A stretch of DNA of 60,205 nt, filler included, from Sphacelaria rigidula (GCA_964200075.2; 10 parts of 10 records of this genome joined end to end with filler, not necessarily neighbours in it); one strand, 5' to 3'. Counted from the whole stretch's first letter, positions 24,497-37,791 are shown. Made by a program: numbers and translations. Notes: generated by a model from the sequence alone, not told the origin.

Positions 24497-25609
24497 GTGA
24501 GCAGGAGTGATGTACTCTACAATAGTCTGCGGTATGATGCTGAAGCAGGTTTTGTCGTTGATTCCTACCTAAATTCAAGGATGGTATCAGTTTTTGCAAG
24601 GCCCACTTCAAGACTTCAGGATCCCTCTTTTGAGGCTGGTAACGGTCACCACGGTATCTAGCGACCTTGACAAAAGTGAGCTGTAATTTTCGGATGGTAA
24701 CTGACCACCTTGGTACTCATCGAAACAGGATACAGCCATCTTGGTCATGCACGGGAATTTTTGGACGGCAACTCGTCAGCCTGGTACTCAATTGGTACGA
24801 GAGGGCCTGTGTTTTGTTGTTGTTGAAAAACAAGTAAACGTAATACAAGAAAAAGATATGTTGTCCAAGAAATTAACAGCGAAAACGCAAAAGAGAGGGA
24901 AAATGTAAAATGGCCTTCTGGGTTGTTGGGTTGTGAACCCACGACCTATCGAGCAGAAGGTGTACACGTTTATCACTGTCCTACTGAGGTAAGGTGATGT
25001 TGAGTGAGGTTGGGATTGCGTTTTGCACCACCGTACAGTAATTGGGAGCAATACGTTTGCTCTGTATTTGTTTAGGTGGTAATGAAAAACCATGGGAATA
25101 TCAGAGTTTGCTTGGTAATTGTTAGGACGGGAATGGGAGAAGATGATGTGCTCGGTAACGATCTGGATGTGAATGGGAGAACGGCATTTGCTTGGTGAGG
25201 ATTTGGATGGGAACGTTGGTTCCGATTTGTCTTGATAGGGTACCATTTCGCAATCACCGTGGTTTTTCTGTGGCAAATTCCACGTTGGAAAAATCTTGGA
25301 GTAAACCCTGATTCTTGTCCAGATTCAACAGAAGTTACTGGTGAACTTGCGGTGCTGAACCAGTGCAGACAGGTTCTGGACCGTAGCCCTCAAGACGATG
25401 ACTTGATTGATTTTTTTTCTTTCATTGATTGTCGCATTTGACTTGAAGGTGATACCCCCCTCGCCCCCCTTCCGCCTGCGCTTCGACATGCCTGATTCTC
25501 GGCCCGACCTTGACACTTACAACAGTGTACGAAATGTGAGCAACGGTTGGTAGAAATCATGTGAAAAACTGACACCGAAACTGTATGCACGGACCGTGGT
25601 CGAAATCAG

Positions 25610-25709
25610 GTCTTGATCCCGGGGATATCGTTTATGGGCCACTTTTCGGGCATTGTGGTGGGCATGTTGCATGTTCGCGGGTACACCAAGCCCCTCTTGC
25701 CATCTCCAG
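25610..25709 (+). CDS. RBL15/RHBDD1-like rhomboid, catalytic His exon
   Basis: VLIPGISFMGHFSGIVVGMLH (GHxxG motif); atcAG / CAG|GTGAG; phase 0 to 1. Confidence 0.9.
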
Positions 25710-25879
25710 GTGAGCTTTTGATCCGTACAGTGTGAGTGGTATCACGTGAATGCCATATCCATAGTAGTCTTGGTTTTATTTTGGTCATCCTGCATCAAAG
25801 AGCACTCGTCCATCGACCCATGACGGGATCCCCGATGGCGGCAGACAGTGGCAGGAGGAGCCGACGCAGCGGGAGAAAC

Positions 25880-26180
25880 ATGCCGGCGGTAGGGTCACAA
25901 AAGTAGAGGGCGGCTCGCGACAACACCTGCGACTCTCAACTTTACCGCTGTAATAGTTTTTATTTTATTTTTTCATTTTTATTTTTTTTTACGTCTTAGT
26001 CTACTATGTTATTCTGTTTGATTTTTTTTTCTTTTTTTTTTCTTTTTTTTCTGTTCCTTCTTTTCTTCAGCAAGTGTTTGGGTTTCGTTTTTCTTGGGTA
26101 CGTCTATCATGGGACCACGGCTGGACCCCTGGGGGGTACTTAAAGTACGACAATCAATCAATCAAGCAATCAATCAATCA
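25880..26180 (+). mobile_element. Probable LINE/SINE 3' end with (CAAT)n tail
   Basis: GACCACGGCTGG...GACAATCAATC tail; similar tail at 23570-23630. Confidence 0.45.
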
Positions 26181-26377
26181 GTGCGGTGCCATCCACTGTG
26201 GAAAAGACACGAGCACGGCAGGCCATTCCACCCGTTGTTGTATGCGAGCTGGATCGTTCTACGGCATTGTGAAAGACGGCACCCCCACGCCTGGTTTAGA
26301 GCGCCGTTACCAACACACGACGTGCCGTCACCCCAGCAGCCCCTGTCGTGCATTCTGGTCCCTTGCTTCTGTCACAG

Positions 26378-26492
26378 CGTACTTGATGGAGATGGAAACC
26401 TTCGCTACGATTCGAGACAGCGTTGCACTGCGCCCAAACTTCGTCCCCTGTCCCGCGTCAGCAGCTGTCCCAGCACCCACGGATTCATCCAG
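26378..26492 (+). CDS. RBL15/RHBDD1-like rhomboid, exon after the membrane domain
   Basis: Phase-1 acceptor cttctgtcacAG matches the previous exon; YLMEMETF...RPNFVPCP; CAG|GTATG. Confidence 0.75.
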
Positions 26493-27408
26493 GTATGTAC
26501 AGTAACTTCATGTGCGATTGATCTGTAAATTGAGCGTCATGGGTAAGCAAGGCTACCTTCGATGTGCTGGAGAAGTCAACCGCATATACGGCACACTTCG
26601 TTGACACGAGAAGCACATGCGCGGTGCAGGGGCGCGGCATGTGGGGCGGTCTTTGGTGCTACCAGTAGGCTGTTCGCTTTCAACACGCCATGTATGGGTC
26701 TTGGTCGCGTCGGCGAGGTTTAAGCTCTTAATGCAAACATTTCGTCGTTGGCCGTCGTGCATGGCTTCATGTCACACGCACGCTTCAGGTCTTATTATCA
26801 TTATCTTTCTTATCGGGAAACGGGGAATATTTTGACGCGTGTGATTCGTCCAGTACAGAGAACGACGCGATTGTTTGTATTTTTTCATGTTCACTCACGT
26901 CGCCGAAGATTCTGACCGTGGTCCCTTTACGGAGTCTGTGGCTGCCGCTTTGAAGTCGCGCTCAATTCAACTTGTCGCTCAAAGGAACGATTCATGGGTC
27001 TATTTATTACTGCTTGTCTCTGTACCCGGTAGATCAATATTGTCCTTATGTCATTGTCTTGAGCGCGCGAGGTGTCCATATCGTTCCGCCGTCTGTGCTC
27101 ATACCCGAGTAGATCGGCCTAACAATCTCCCCGTCGGCTTATGGCGGGACATCCCTGAGGCAGTATGTAAGCCATGACTGTCTCTGGGGGTGGCGATATC
27201 AGAAAATGAAGTAACTCATTCGAGGCTGTCATCCATGTGAAAGATAACCAGTGCGCTTCGGGCCGAACAATCTTAGCAGGGTGCAGCTCACCCTCTATTC
27301 GACTCGCCGAAAACATGACGGCGCTTCTCTCTTGGTGATTGATCGTGAGCCTGGTCCGGCGAGAACACGGCGTGCTCCGCCCGGCTTTGTAGGGATGCGA
27401 GGTCAATA

Positions 27409-28628
27409 CGAGCTAGGCCAGCCTAAAAACGGATTTAAGCTCTAAAAATAATATCTCATCGACACAGACGAGTTGGGNNNNNNNNNNGGGCCATGATCCG
27501 CATATCGTATTAATCGTCTAACCAAGGGGAAGGTGCCCATCTGCTCAAATTTTTGGGGCGATATTTTCTCGTTGATTAAACCCCATGCCTAGCAATTCGT
27601 GTACCTAACGGGGATGGCGTCCATACTAAAATCTCTATGAAACCCCCGATAGATGCTTTCAGCGGATGACGACGAATTTTGGTGTGGAAATTTTCTGGAG
27701 TAAGGGGAGACGATAGATACCCTCACCTTCACCTAATTCGTTATCTATCCCGAGATATGGCGTACATAAGTTTCCATAATAAAACCAATATATTACGAGC
27801 AGAGGCATTAGATGCCCTTAATCTGGATATCGCGTCTCAGTTTTTGAGAGTTGTTCCATAAAATTTCGTGTGGTGAACCGCTAGTGCATAATAACAAAAA
27901 ATTAACACAGTTTGTTACCTCTCGTCATTTTCTTTTCATTATTTTTCATTTTTCTTTGTGTTTTTAGTGGAGTTTTGAGGAGAAATGAACATTGCTCTTA
28001 GCCTTTTCTGAACGTTTTAGCTCGATTTTTCGAAATGTGATTTGAAAGTTAGCATGGAGAATCACAAACGTGTGGCGAATGAAAAAAAGGGTCTTCATTT
28101 TTTTTATTTCATAGAGGTTAGGGCGTTCTTGCAAAGAATTGGTCTTCGCCATACTAAAACGCCCTCAACCTGTGAAAAAACGAATAAAAAAACTGACCCA
28201 CTGAGTTTTGTTAACTATGCCGTGGTGAGGGCCCACACAAAATTTCAATACGCAAAAACCAAACGTGGGCCAGTGAGTGGCCTGCGAAATACTGTTACGA
28301 ATTTCTACCGACCCGGTTTTTGAAAGGCGAATGCGCCGGCCAATATTTAGAGATGGAGCGTCAAATTTGGTATGGACAATGCATAGGGCATAATTTTGTC
28401 TTGTAAAGAAGCACCAGATTTTTTTTCTTCGTGAGTTAAGGGCGTTTTACTGATACCTTAAATCTGATTATTGCCCTTAACTCACGAAAACAAAAACTTC
28501 GGGGGCTTCTTCAATATATTTTTTATGCCCAATAGATTGTCCATACCAAATTTGACGCTCCAACTCTAAATATTGGCCGGCGCATTCGCCTGTAAACTTC
28601 AAATCCGCCTCTAGGCTGGCCCAGCTCG
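27409..28628. mobile_element. Complete non-autonomous TIR transposon family C with TA target duplication (Tc1/mariner-type signature), inserted in a family A repeat
   Basis: TA|CGAGCTAGGCCAGCCTAAAAACGGATTT ... AAATCCGCCTCTAGGCTGGCCCAGCTCG|TA; flanks rejoin into family A. Confidence 0.88.
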
Positions 28629-29298
28629 TAGTCATGACTACGGCATGTAAGATCATGAGTACACCCTTCGACTTGAACACTTGCACTACGTAAATGAGGA
28701 CGGAGACAGGCAGAAAGACATCCCTAGCGATAAAATATCGAGACATGTTGAGCATATGATGTGTAAGAATATGCCATGTCCAAAGCAACCGAGCCTTTGG
28801 GAAAGTTCCCGTGTATTTACGCTGTTTTTCGCTGTCGTGTTTGCCTTCCTCTCGTGTCGTTTCTCGCTCTGTCGTTAGCGATGTTTAATGCATATCCAGT
28901 GGGTCGATGCGGGAAGCATGCCGTCCGATTTGTGCGTTATTTCAAAGCGCATCAAATCGCGTTCGAGCTTGGCGCCGGGGGGGAGGAGGAGGGTTGTCTG
29001 GTGATGGAGATATTGAGGCATCAGGACGGCTGGTCCAAGGACACTCTTGATCATGACCTCTCACGATGTGTCTAGAGGCGTCCACCGTAAAGTCGAGCGC
29101 AATGGCATGTGTAGGGGGCGAGGAGAGTAATCCGTGCAAAGAAAAGAAGAACCCAAAGATCCGGTCGCCGTTGAACATGTTTCGCAGGGGCGGGGGCACG
29201 GGAGGAAGGGGGGCTACGAGTGTTGATCACGGTAGGGCCAACACGTGGTCGTATGTACCATTTAGTAATCATGCGTTGGCACAGCAGATATGTGCACA

Positions 29299-29371
29299 GC
29301 TCGCAGAGCTCCGTTGGTAGAGCGCGGCTCTGATAAAGCCGAGGTCCCGGGTTCGAACCCCGGTGTGAGTA
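29299..29371 (+). tRNA. tRNA-Ile-like gene or pseudogene, anticodon GAT
   Basis: Full cloverleaf: GCTCGCA/TGTGAGT, GCTC/GAGC, CGGCT-CTGATAA-AGCCG, CCGGG-TTCGAAC-CCCGG; followed by T6; invariant U8 and A14 substituted. Confidence 0.7.
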
Positions 29372-29384
29372 TATTTTTTCCTCA

Positions 29385-29457
29385 GCACCCCGGTGGTATA
29401 GCGGTACTGCTCCCTTCTTCAGGTCGGCAAATGACGGTTCTATTCCCGGAGGATGCG
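29385..29457 (+). pseudogene. Degenerate tRNA (Gly-like)
   Basis: GCA...GGATGC acceptor ends, TGGTATAGCGG A box, GGTTCTATTCCC B box; anticodon arm broken. Confidence 0.4.
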
Positions 29458-29611
29458 TTCGGATTTTTCTGAATGTATCTGATTTCCGCGATTGAGAGAG
29501 TGAGAACGGGAGTAGCACAAGCTTGGCACAAGAGGTGGTTTGACGAGAGTCCACGTGATGCAGGAGGGCTGATCTAGTCTGTGATACCAAGATGCAAGCC
29601 GCGCGCTGTGG

Positions 29612-30055
29612 GAGAGATGAGTTGGCGGGACAGTGCAAGCACACCTCGAGCATGTTCAAATTATTGATGCTGTACTGGGATTGCACACCCTAGACAAAAC
29701 ATGACACTGTCAAGGTGTACTGCGTACAGTATGGGATCTAATGTCTGTTGCAACAGACACAACTGTTCTGCTGCTGAACCGCACGTGCAGATTGTTTCCA
29801 CCAGTAGCTGAATGCGACAGTGCAAATTAACCATTGTAATAGCGTGTCACCTCTCGCTTTCCCACAGTTTTACAACAACACTGTGTAGCCGCCTTTTGTT
29901 ATTGGAGAGAGATGAGTTGGCGGGACAGTGCAAGCACACCTCGAGCATGTTCAAATTATTGATGCTGTACTGGGATTGCACACCCTAGACAAAACATGAC
30001 ACTGTCAAGGTGTACTGCGTACAGTATGGGATCTAATGTCTGTTGCAACAGACAC
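29612..30055. repeat. Direct repeat, 149 bp identical, 295-bp period, running into the scaffold end
   Basis: 29612-29760 equals 29907-30055. Confidence 0.9.
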
Positions 30056-30155
30056 NNNNNNNNNNNNNNNNNNNNNNNNNNNNNNNNNNNNNNNNNNNNT
30101 TAATTAATTAANNNNNNNNNNNNNNNNNNNNNNNNNNNNNNNNNNNNNNNNNNNN

Positions 30156-30253
30156 CCTTCCGGGCATTGCTCCGTCTCGAAAGGGATGCGGGGTCAATGG
30201 TCAAACCACAAAGGCAACCAACAAAAGAGGACCCCCCCCCCCCCCCCCCCCCC
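30156..30253 (+). repeat. Dispersed repeat family A, second subfamily (also 31745-31808 -, 48620-48664 -, 60141-60205 -)
   Basis: Shared GGGATGCG.GGTCAATGGTCA..CGACTAAGGCAAGCAACAAATGAGTACGCCC core, usually ending in a C-run. Confidence 0.75.
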
Positions 30254-31465
30254 TCCGGGCATTCACCTGTTCCTGCCCTTTCCCTCCGTTTGCCCGTGCA
30301 CTACGTCTCAGGTTTGTCGTTCCGTTAGCAATGCATACTCTCCATCCTACCCTTCTAATCCATGCCGATACCTTACTTGTTTTTATCCTTTCCCACTCCT
30401 TGCTCGCGCTTTGTGTTAGTGTGACTCGGGAGTGTTCCCCCTCCCTTTCTATTTTCCCCGCTGCCAAACAGTATAATCTAACTTCATCACATTTCTTTCA
30501 AACTCTATTCTCGTCATGTCGCTACGGACCAACATACCAGCACTACATGAGCTACTACTTTACCCGACCACTCTTCACTACTCCCTACCGTGCATAACCT
30601 CTGAATCGTTCGGTGCATACAGCCAGACTTGTCTGCGGCCTCTTTGCAGGCACCACGCAGTAGGACGCCCTTGTTGCTGTCGGCGAGGGCTTGCTGGATC
30701 ACTGCGTCCCTCCTTCCACGGTGAAGTTCTTGTAACCCTGAATCTGGGCCACACCCCCGGCAGCAGACATGTTGAGACACAAGAGTCCTCATTGCCGACC
30801 TCCAGAGTCGAGACTGTGGTCTATCGTTTAGCGGCAATTTCGTGTGACATAAACGCTGGTGGCATAAGAGAATCATTGCTTGAAACAAAAAGGCCGAACA
30901 TGATAGTCTTGTATGTTTCTCAAATCTGACGTGAAATTTCTCAAAACAAAACGTCATGGGAAGGTCTCCCGCCGGAGCTTCAATTTTGTGGTGGGTGATT
31001 TCGACCTGCTGCTAGTGACATGCAAGCACCATACTTTTGGGATGTTCGGTAAAACAACTGAAACAACAGCCTCGCACGAGGGTCTCGAATCTGAAGCCAA
31101 AGAGCGGTTTGAAAAAAAAACTCGCAAAGATCTGACTCGAAATGTCCAAATCGACCTCATGTTGCTGATCAGAGGTGACCGCAGCTGCAGGAGCGGCAGC
31201 GAGCGAATACCAACGATTTACCTGATACAACAGTGAATACATAGTGAACACATCAACTTGACTCGGTCACAAATGACCGGGGATTGTGGTACACTAACTC
31301 CTACATGATCACACACACTCCTGCTCTTGCAAGTGGGCTGTTACGTCACAGACAAGTTTGACCTCAATTATCCAGTATTTATCCTTGTATTAGTCTGAAC
31401 GCCACGGACTTGGCTTCGAAGTGTTGTATTTCGCCAGGTGGTATCCAACTAATGATTATACTTAC

Positions 31466-31600
31466 TTGCCAGGTGTAGGATATATCGCTGGCGCTTCTTC
31501 GCTTATGCGCCAGAAATATCTGCGGCAGCAACGAGACGGCTAGCAACACCCCCCCGAAGTAGCCGAGGCCGTTGAAAACCTCATCGTTAGACGTTCCCAT
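31466..31600 (-). CDS. First exon of a PQ-loop repeat membrane protein
   Basis: MGTSNDEVFNGLGYFGGVLLAVSLLPQIFLAHKRRSASDISYTWQ fits the PQ-loop consensus; donor CAA|GTAAG; later exons not identified. Confidence 0.85.
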
Positions 31601-31921
31601 CGTGCTGGACGTGACGTCTACAAATGGATATCCTGTACGCCACCGCACTTACTACTCCAGGTGCACCCAATGGCCGGCAAAAATACCTGAAGATACTGTA
31701 GACACAACAATGTCACGGCATCGGGGGCGGGGGGAAGGGGGGAGGGGGGGCGTACTCATTTGTTGCTTGCCTTAGTCGTTTGACCATTGACCCCTTTCGA
31801 GACGGAGGGGGGAAGGGGGGGGGGGGAAGAGAGCAAATAAGGTATGTGTACGTCTTACAACGCGTAGCGCCACTGGAGGTCCTGCAGTGCACATAGGATA
31901 TGACTCTCCATGTATGCGTGG

Positions 31922-32161
31922 TGCTACGGTAGGGGTGCACAAATATTTTCTGAGGTTCGAATTGTTGGGAGCCTTCTACCTCATCCAAAACTGCACATGA
32001 AATATTTAAGCCCGCCACAATTAGCATCCTACTGGGATAGGGATATTCCGAGTGAATTTCACAACAGACATATCCTGATCCATAATCTCGTGTAGCTCCA
32101 AACTTTGGAAGCCCCTGAATGAGGAAGGTTTGGGAACAAATGTGCAACCCCTACCGTAGCA
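31922..32161. mobile_element. MITE family B
   Basis: TGCTACGGTAGGGGTGCACA ... TGTGCAACCCCTACCGTAGCA; other copies at 36363-36581 and 54121-54175 (truncated). Confidence 0.8.
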
Positions 32162-32634
32162 GGACTCGTAGCCTACCTCATTCCGGTGCGAGCTGGTGAC
32201 TTTAATGATCGCAGCATCATGCACACTCGCTATTTTTTCGTGACGTTGATTGCGCGATGATTGACGTCTTAGGAAGGAACATAAGGAATATGGGCTATCT
32301 AGATCTTGCCCGATATTGACAGTCATGCAAATACAACCTTGGGTGTCAACTGGGAATGAGCGAAACTAGAATTAAGCGACAAAGCAACATAAAAAGACGC
32401 AAAACCTCGAGCTATTCACCTCAGGAGTTCACAACGTATCTTGGCATGTGATGGACCTATCCGTGTTCGTTCCAACACGTGAGAGCTTTGAAAAAAACAA
32501 CTGACAGCCGGTTTTAAAGCTGAGGATTTGGTTTTTCAAATAGGAGGATAGCCCGACAAAAAACACACGTCGTATCCACATCAATTCTTCAAAACACGGT
32601 TGCATTGCTTTATTTACGGGGGATCATTAACAGT

Positions 32635-32794
32635 TACTACACGCTACACAAATTTGAATTCCGATAGCGGAAATGTTGGGGTTCTAGGTGAAAAAACAGC
32701 TCCCCAGGTGTTGGGTTTTACCTGGTGAGTTCTTTTTTCACCCAGAACCCCAACATTTCCGGTATCGGAATCCAGGTTTATATGCCGTGTAGTA
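32635..32794. repeat. 160-bp hairpin (MITE-like palindrome)
   Basis: ttccgatagcggaaatgttggggttct pairs with agaaccccaacatttccggtatcggaa; TA at both ends. Confidence 0.75.
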
Positions 32795-35700
32795 GATATG
32801 TGATTAGATGGCGGGTCAGTATCATAAACTGACCTTCCGTCATCCTCCGCGGTTCAAATGGACATGACCGGCGAGCAGGAGAAGTGTATTTCTGAGTGAA
32901 TATTTAGATGAAAGATATGAGAACCTGTAAAACATGGATGTATGATTAGATGCATCTGGTCATTGTATTGCGTTGAGTGACTTGTTCGTGAACACATCTC
33001 GCCGCTGCGATACGTTGAATGACGCCTAATGAAAGTTGTCGATAGGTGCAAGTTGGAACGTCAAGGCGCTTGAGGTTCGGTGTCGTTGATGACGCGCCAG
33101 AATGGTGGAATGACTAGAGTGAATTTTTACACGTGTAATATTCAACAAGAGGCATACTCTCCTGGGCGATTATGTTTGAGCCCCACGTCTCGTAGAAATC
33201 GTCACGTAGAAGCTACTTAAAAACATCTGCAGGATTTTTTTCCGGGCATTGCGTTGCATCCGGCTTTTAGCTGACTCCGGGTAAACTGGTCCGTCGCAAA
33301 AGAGAAAGTGAGTGACTGCTTCCAGGTACTCTGTGTACTATGTTGTTTCACCTCGCTCTTTATTCAAGCTTATATCATATTGCTAAGATATGCGTGCGTA
33401 CCTAGCGATTCTTTGACTCGTTGAGCAGCATACAAGGATTTGATCCTAGGCACCCCCCGGCAACCTGCAACCACAAGTATCTTATTTAACTGTGAGGTCT
33501 TGGAAGGTACGTTATATTGGCGTTGGGAAACGGCTTCATTACACCTCGAGTTGAGAAGTCATCCCACCTTATTATACGCATGTGTGGTCTAGGTTAGCGT
33601 TGCTTTTGCAAAACCTACGATATTTTGCGATGTGTACCAGTGGGCACCCATGTTCCTCTAGTGTTGAGCTACGTCTAGTTGTCTGGCAATCTGTACCGTC
33701 TATTACGGCTGGTATCGCCCGAATGAGTAGAGGTGGTTTTAGAGCACGTACGTAGTGCACAGCACGCCATACTTCACTTTGTAGCTTGGAGCGCCCTGAT
33801 TTAGACGGTCATGAAGCAAGCACAAGAAGAGCTCACTAGAGTCAGCAGCATTAGTGCTAACATCATCAGTCACTACCTGTTCGAGGGATTCTTCTTGAAG
33901 TCATGTCACGACAGGGGTGCACACTGGGCCCAGATCTTTCTCATCGAGGGCTCCCGAAAGTGAGGAGTTCCATCAGGATATGGATCAGGACATTATCGTT
34001 TTGAATTTCATTGGAGATATCCCCAGCTCATTGGATTGCTAATTGCGCGTGCTCTCACATACTGCATGATACTTTTTTTTGGTCAGACAAGGGGCTTCTC
34101 ACAGTTCACACCTGGGATATTGTTTGTGCACCCCTCCTGTGGCACGGTTTCTCATGCTTCCACTGCGCAGCCTGTTGTGATATTTTGGAAGTGTTCGGGA
34201 GCGGCAATAATCCCAACGTGCAAACGGTAGCTCGTGTTGGCATATCCTTGCCCCTGCCGAGATATGAGACCTTTGATCATCATGTTCTCATCGCGGACCA
34301 ATTCAGAGCGTACCTGCGGTAATAAATATTGTTTTGTGTGCAATATAGGCTTGGCTGAAGGATTCAATGTTCTCTTGATTTTAATGCCTTGGCGGGTTCC
34401 TCGAAACCGAATCCCGTGAAATCCTAGTGCGAATGATGCGCTTCCCCGATGTTGCTCGTTCGATCGTTGGTTAGTCCTAGCTGACTATAGACAAACCGTA
34501 ATTTATATATATATATATATACATATGTTGTGTGTGCTGGAGAGTGCTTGCTAGGGTGACCGTCCGGGTCCTGCGCTAATCCTGAAGGCCGCAGTATCGT
34601 CTGATACTAGATGCCTTCCGTCCTGTTCTTTATTTTTTTCTGCCTTCCCTCTTTTTGTGGTGTGGGCGGTCGTTGCGAACGTGCGTCTTCGCAGCTTCTT
34701 GAGAGCTGCTGCAGACTCACGTTTCATAGTGGGCTATTGTCAAGGTATTTGGAGCAACAGGTCTCGAAGAGTCCTGGTAGTTCTATCGGTCTGATGTGAA
34801 CGTGAGATATGCACAGAAAGTAACGAGTTTCGGATACAATGATGGTTGAATCCGTCTGCTCGCCGTGCACAAGTTTCATGTGAGATTTGGATATCTAGTT
34901 TTCATCTTTGTGCAGAGCATCAACCGGTGCTCGGCAGGTTGTAAGATAAATGCAGTGTAAGAAAGCTCTCCCGCAGAGGATTGAATCGACACATCGAAGC
35001 CCTTTTCAAATAATCTGGCGAGGTTTAAGGGTGTAGGCGTAGCTCGTGATGATGAATGGGACAAGTATGACTTCAATCTGAACCACCACACGCTATGGCT
35101 TGTGCCCGAGATTGTCTAAGTGAATGATCACAGGACAGCTCCCGGCATCTTCGCTCGGTGTACACCTCGGTAAGGACAAGAACGATCGTGTTTTTGCATC
35201 AAAAGATTGTGTTTGTCTCGACCTGTGCAGGTCATTGTGCATGTTGAGGGGGAAAGGAATGATCCGGAGCACATCTCCCTGCGGTTGTCCTGAAGATGTT
35301 CTGCTATTTCAGCAGCCTGCCCTTTGTGTCCCACGCCCGGATTCTGGCTGAGGAACGCATACAGAGGCCTCCAGTGTAGAATACGAAGAGAGACAAAGTC
35401 ACCTTCTCTCTATCTTGATTTGGCACCGCCGCTAATCCCAATCGTCATTGGAACAAAATCATCTTCAACTCTTCGGTTTGCAAGCTTTCCATGAAAAAAC
35501 GAAAAAATCTCGAACGAGATTCTTGGTCGACCCAGAGTTAACTGCCTGACATTGATCGGCAGCTATTTGCCTCAAACAGTTTCCGAGCCCGTTTCGAGGA
35601 TTCGTTCCTGATCTCACAAACATGTTGTACTCTCCGATCGGATTTTTTTTTTCGCCCCAATTTTTCGATCGAAAATAATATGTGCTACGAGCGTGTATTA

Positions 35701-36362
35701 AGGCGTGTCTTCGCAAATATGTTTTCGATCGAGGAAGTGCGGTAGAAAACAATTTTTTCCGATCTGATAGGTCATAGTTTCTGAATACATAATGATGGTT
35801 GAAATCACGACGTATTAGATCCGACTTCTGTTTTCCACCGCACGCTTTCGATCGAAAAACAAGGTGCTAAGCCACTGCCTTAGCACATATATATTTTCAA
35901 TCCACATAGAGTGCGGTGGAACTCATGTGAGCAAAATCATTTATTTCGCGAGTTAGGTCCGGGCGAATTTTCAAGCTTCCGATGACACTTTGCACAGAAT
36001 GCCCCCCCCCCCCCCCCCCACGGCCGGGTTGGGGGGGGAAAACCCCCCTGTGTCTAAACACGAAGAGGGCGGTGGGGGGAAAGAGNNNNNNNNNNNNNNN
36101 NNNNNNNNNNNNNNNNNNNNNNNNNNNNNTTAATTAATTAANNNNNNNNNNNNNNNNNNNNNNNNNNNNNNNNNNNNNNNNNNNNGGGGAAAGCACTGTT
36201 TTAGGCTTGAACCTCATCTCGGAGTTAAACCTCAATTCGCACAATTTGTTGTTAAATGGTTTCAAAATCTGCTGACAATATACTTCTTCCCCAATCCTCC
36301 AATGAATCATTTGCGACCCCGAGATTTGTGCCGTGGGCTCAAAGCATGATACTTGAGCATGA

Positions 36363-36581
36363 TGCTACCGTAGGGGTGCACACCTAGTTTCTGAGGTTTG
36401 AATTGTTGAGAGCCCTCTGTTATCCCAATAACACCTCATGGAGTACGCGAAAGCACGCCACGATAATCCCGCGAGTAAACTTGAAAAGGGGAATGTCCTG
36501 ATCTGTATTCTTGTGTAGCTCCAAACATTAGGAGCTCGCGAATGAGAGATCTGGGCCCAAAGGCGCCACCTCTGCGTAGCA
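36363..36581. mobile_element. MITE family B
   Basis: TGCTACCGTAGGGGTGCAC ... CGTAGCA, flanked by TGA on both sides. Confidence 0.65.
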
Positions 36582-37791
36582 TGACTCTCTCGAGACAGGA
36601 TACGAGCTACATAGACCAGCCAAGATACACAGTTGACGGTTGAACCGCTTTGCCCTTGAGGAGTTTGGAGCTGAAATGTTTGGCACGAGATTTGAACCGT
36701 CAATACGGGGAATGTAGCGGAAGTAGTCAAGAAAGACAAACAAAATAGCGTTGGGGCGATCTGAAATTTGTGAAAACAAATTATGTAATGACTAGATGGA
36801 GAAAAAAAACTATGCTTGCTTCCGTGAGTTTTTTCAACTCACGTGCAGAAGGTCCTTGTAATAATGTTTCGGCTGAAGTTTCCTAAAATTACCCGGGGCA
36901 TTCCACTTTTTGTGTGACACCGCTTCAACCCGTGGTCGAACCGGTACAGGCAGAGGATCCTGGAAAATGAGTTTGAACTTTCAAATGAGGCTGAAGTCAT
37001 CTTCCGATAATTCACATATCCCCCGGAACAGTTTTGCAAGAAACAATCAACTGAGGAATATTGTTTGCGTCTGTTGAAACTTTCTCTACCTAGCTTGCCT
37101 TGTCGCGAGTTGTTGCTCCCGCCTCAGGGGCCAGATGTGTCCCCTTTCGCGCAGCCGAAACGGCTCTCTCCAGGTGAGAGGAGCATAATGCGTCGAATGC
37201 CTTCGATTTCCATCAAACATTGTTGCACGGTTTTGCCGAACTCCCTTGGAATGATAGTCTAGAAGGCATATTTTTTTCTCTTTATTTCTTGGTATGGATG
37301 GCATGCTCCTTGAACTCTGTGACTACGGGTTCGAGAGATCGAGCTAATGTGACGGAAATAATAATATTCATAATATTTTCTTTCATGAGAAGTATGGTGC
37401 CGCCATTGGTGTTTTGGAAAATAATTTCTGTTATCGCTGGATACGTTTTATTGTCAAAAGGGAAATTTGATAAATGGGAATCTCTGCCCCTTGCGAACTT
37501 TCCCAGGGCTCGAAAAAACTCCTGCATAGTTTTCTTCAAATATGACGGAATCCGATGAAAAGTGGCTTCACTCACCTGGTAAGAGCCGTTTCGAATGTAC
37601 GATACGAGACACATCTGGCTGTAGAGACCGGAGCAGCAACGCGTGACAAGGCAAGGTAGGGGAAGTTTCAATAGACAAATAAAATCCTCGGTAGTTAGTT
37701 TTGCAGAACTCTTCCGGGGAAAATGCGAATTGTTTGAACCCGGTTTCAGCCCCATTTGAAAATCCAACCTCATTTTCCAGGTTTCTTTAAC

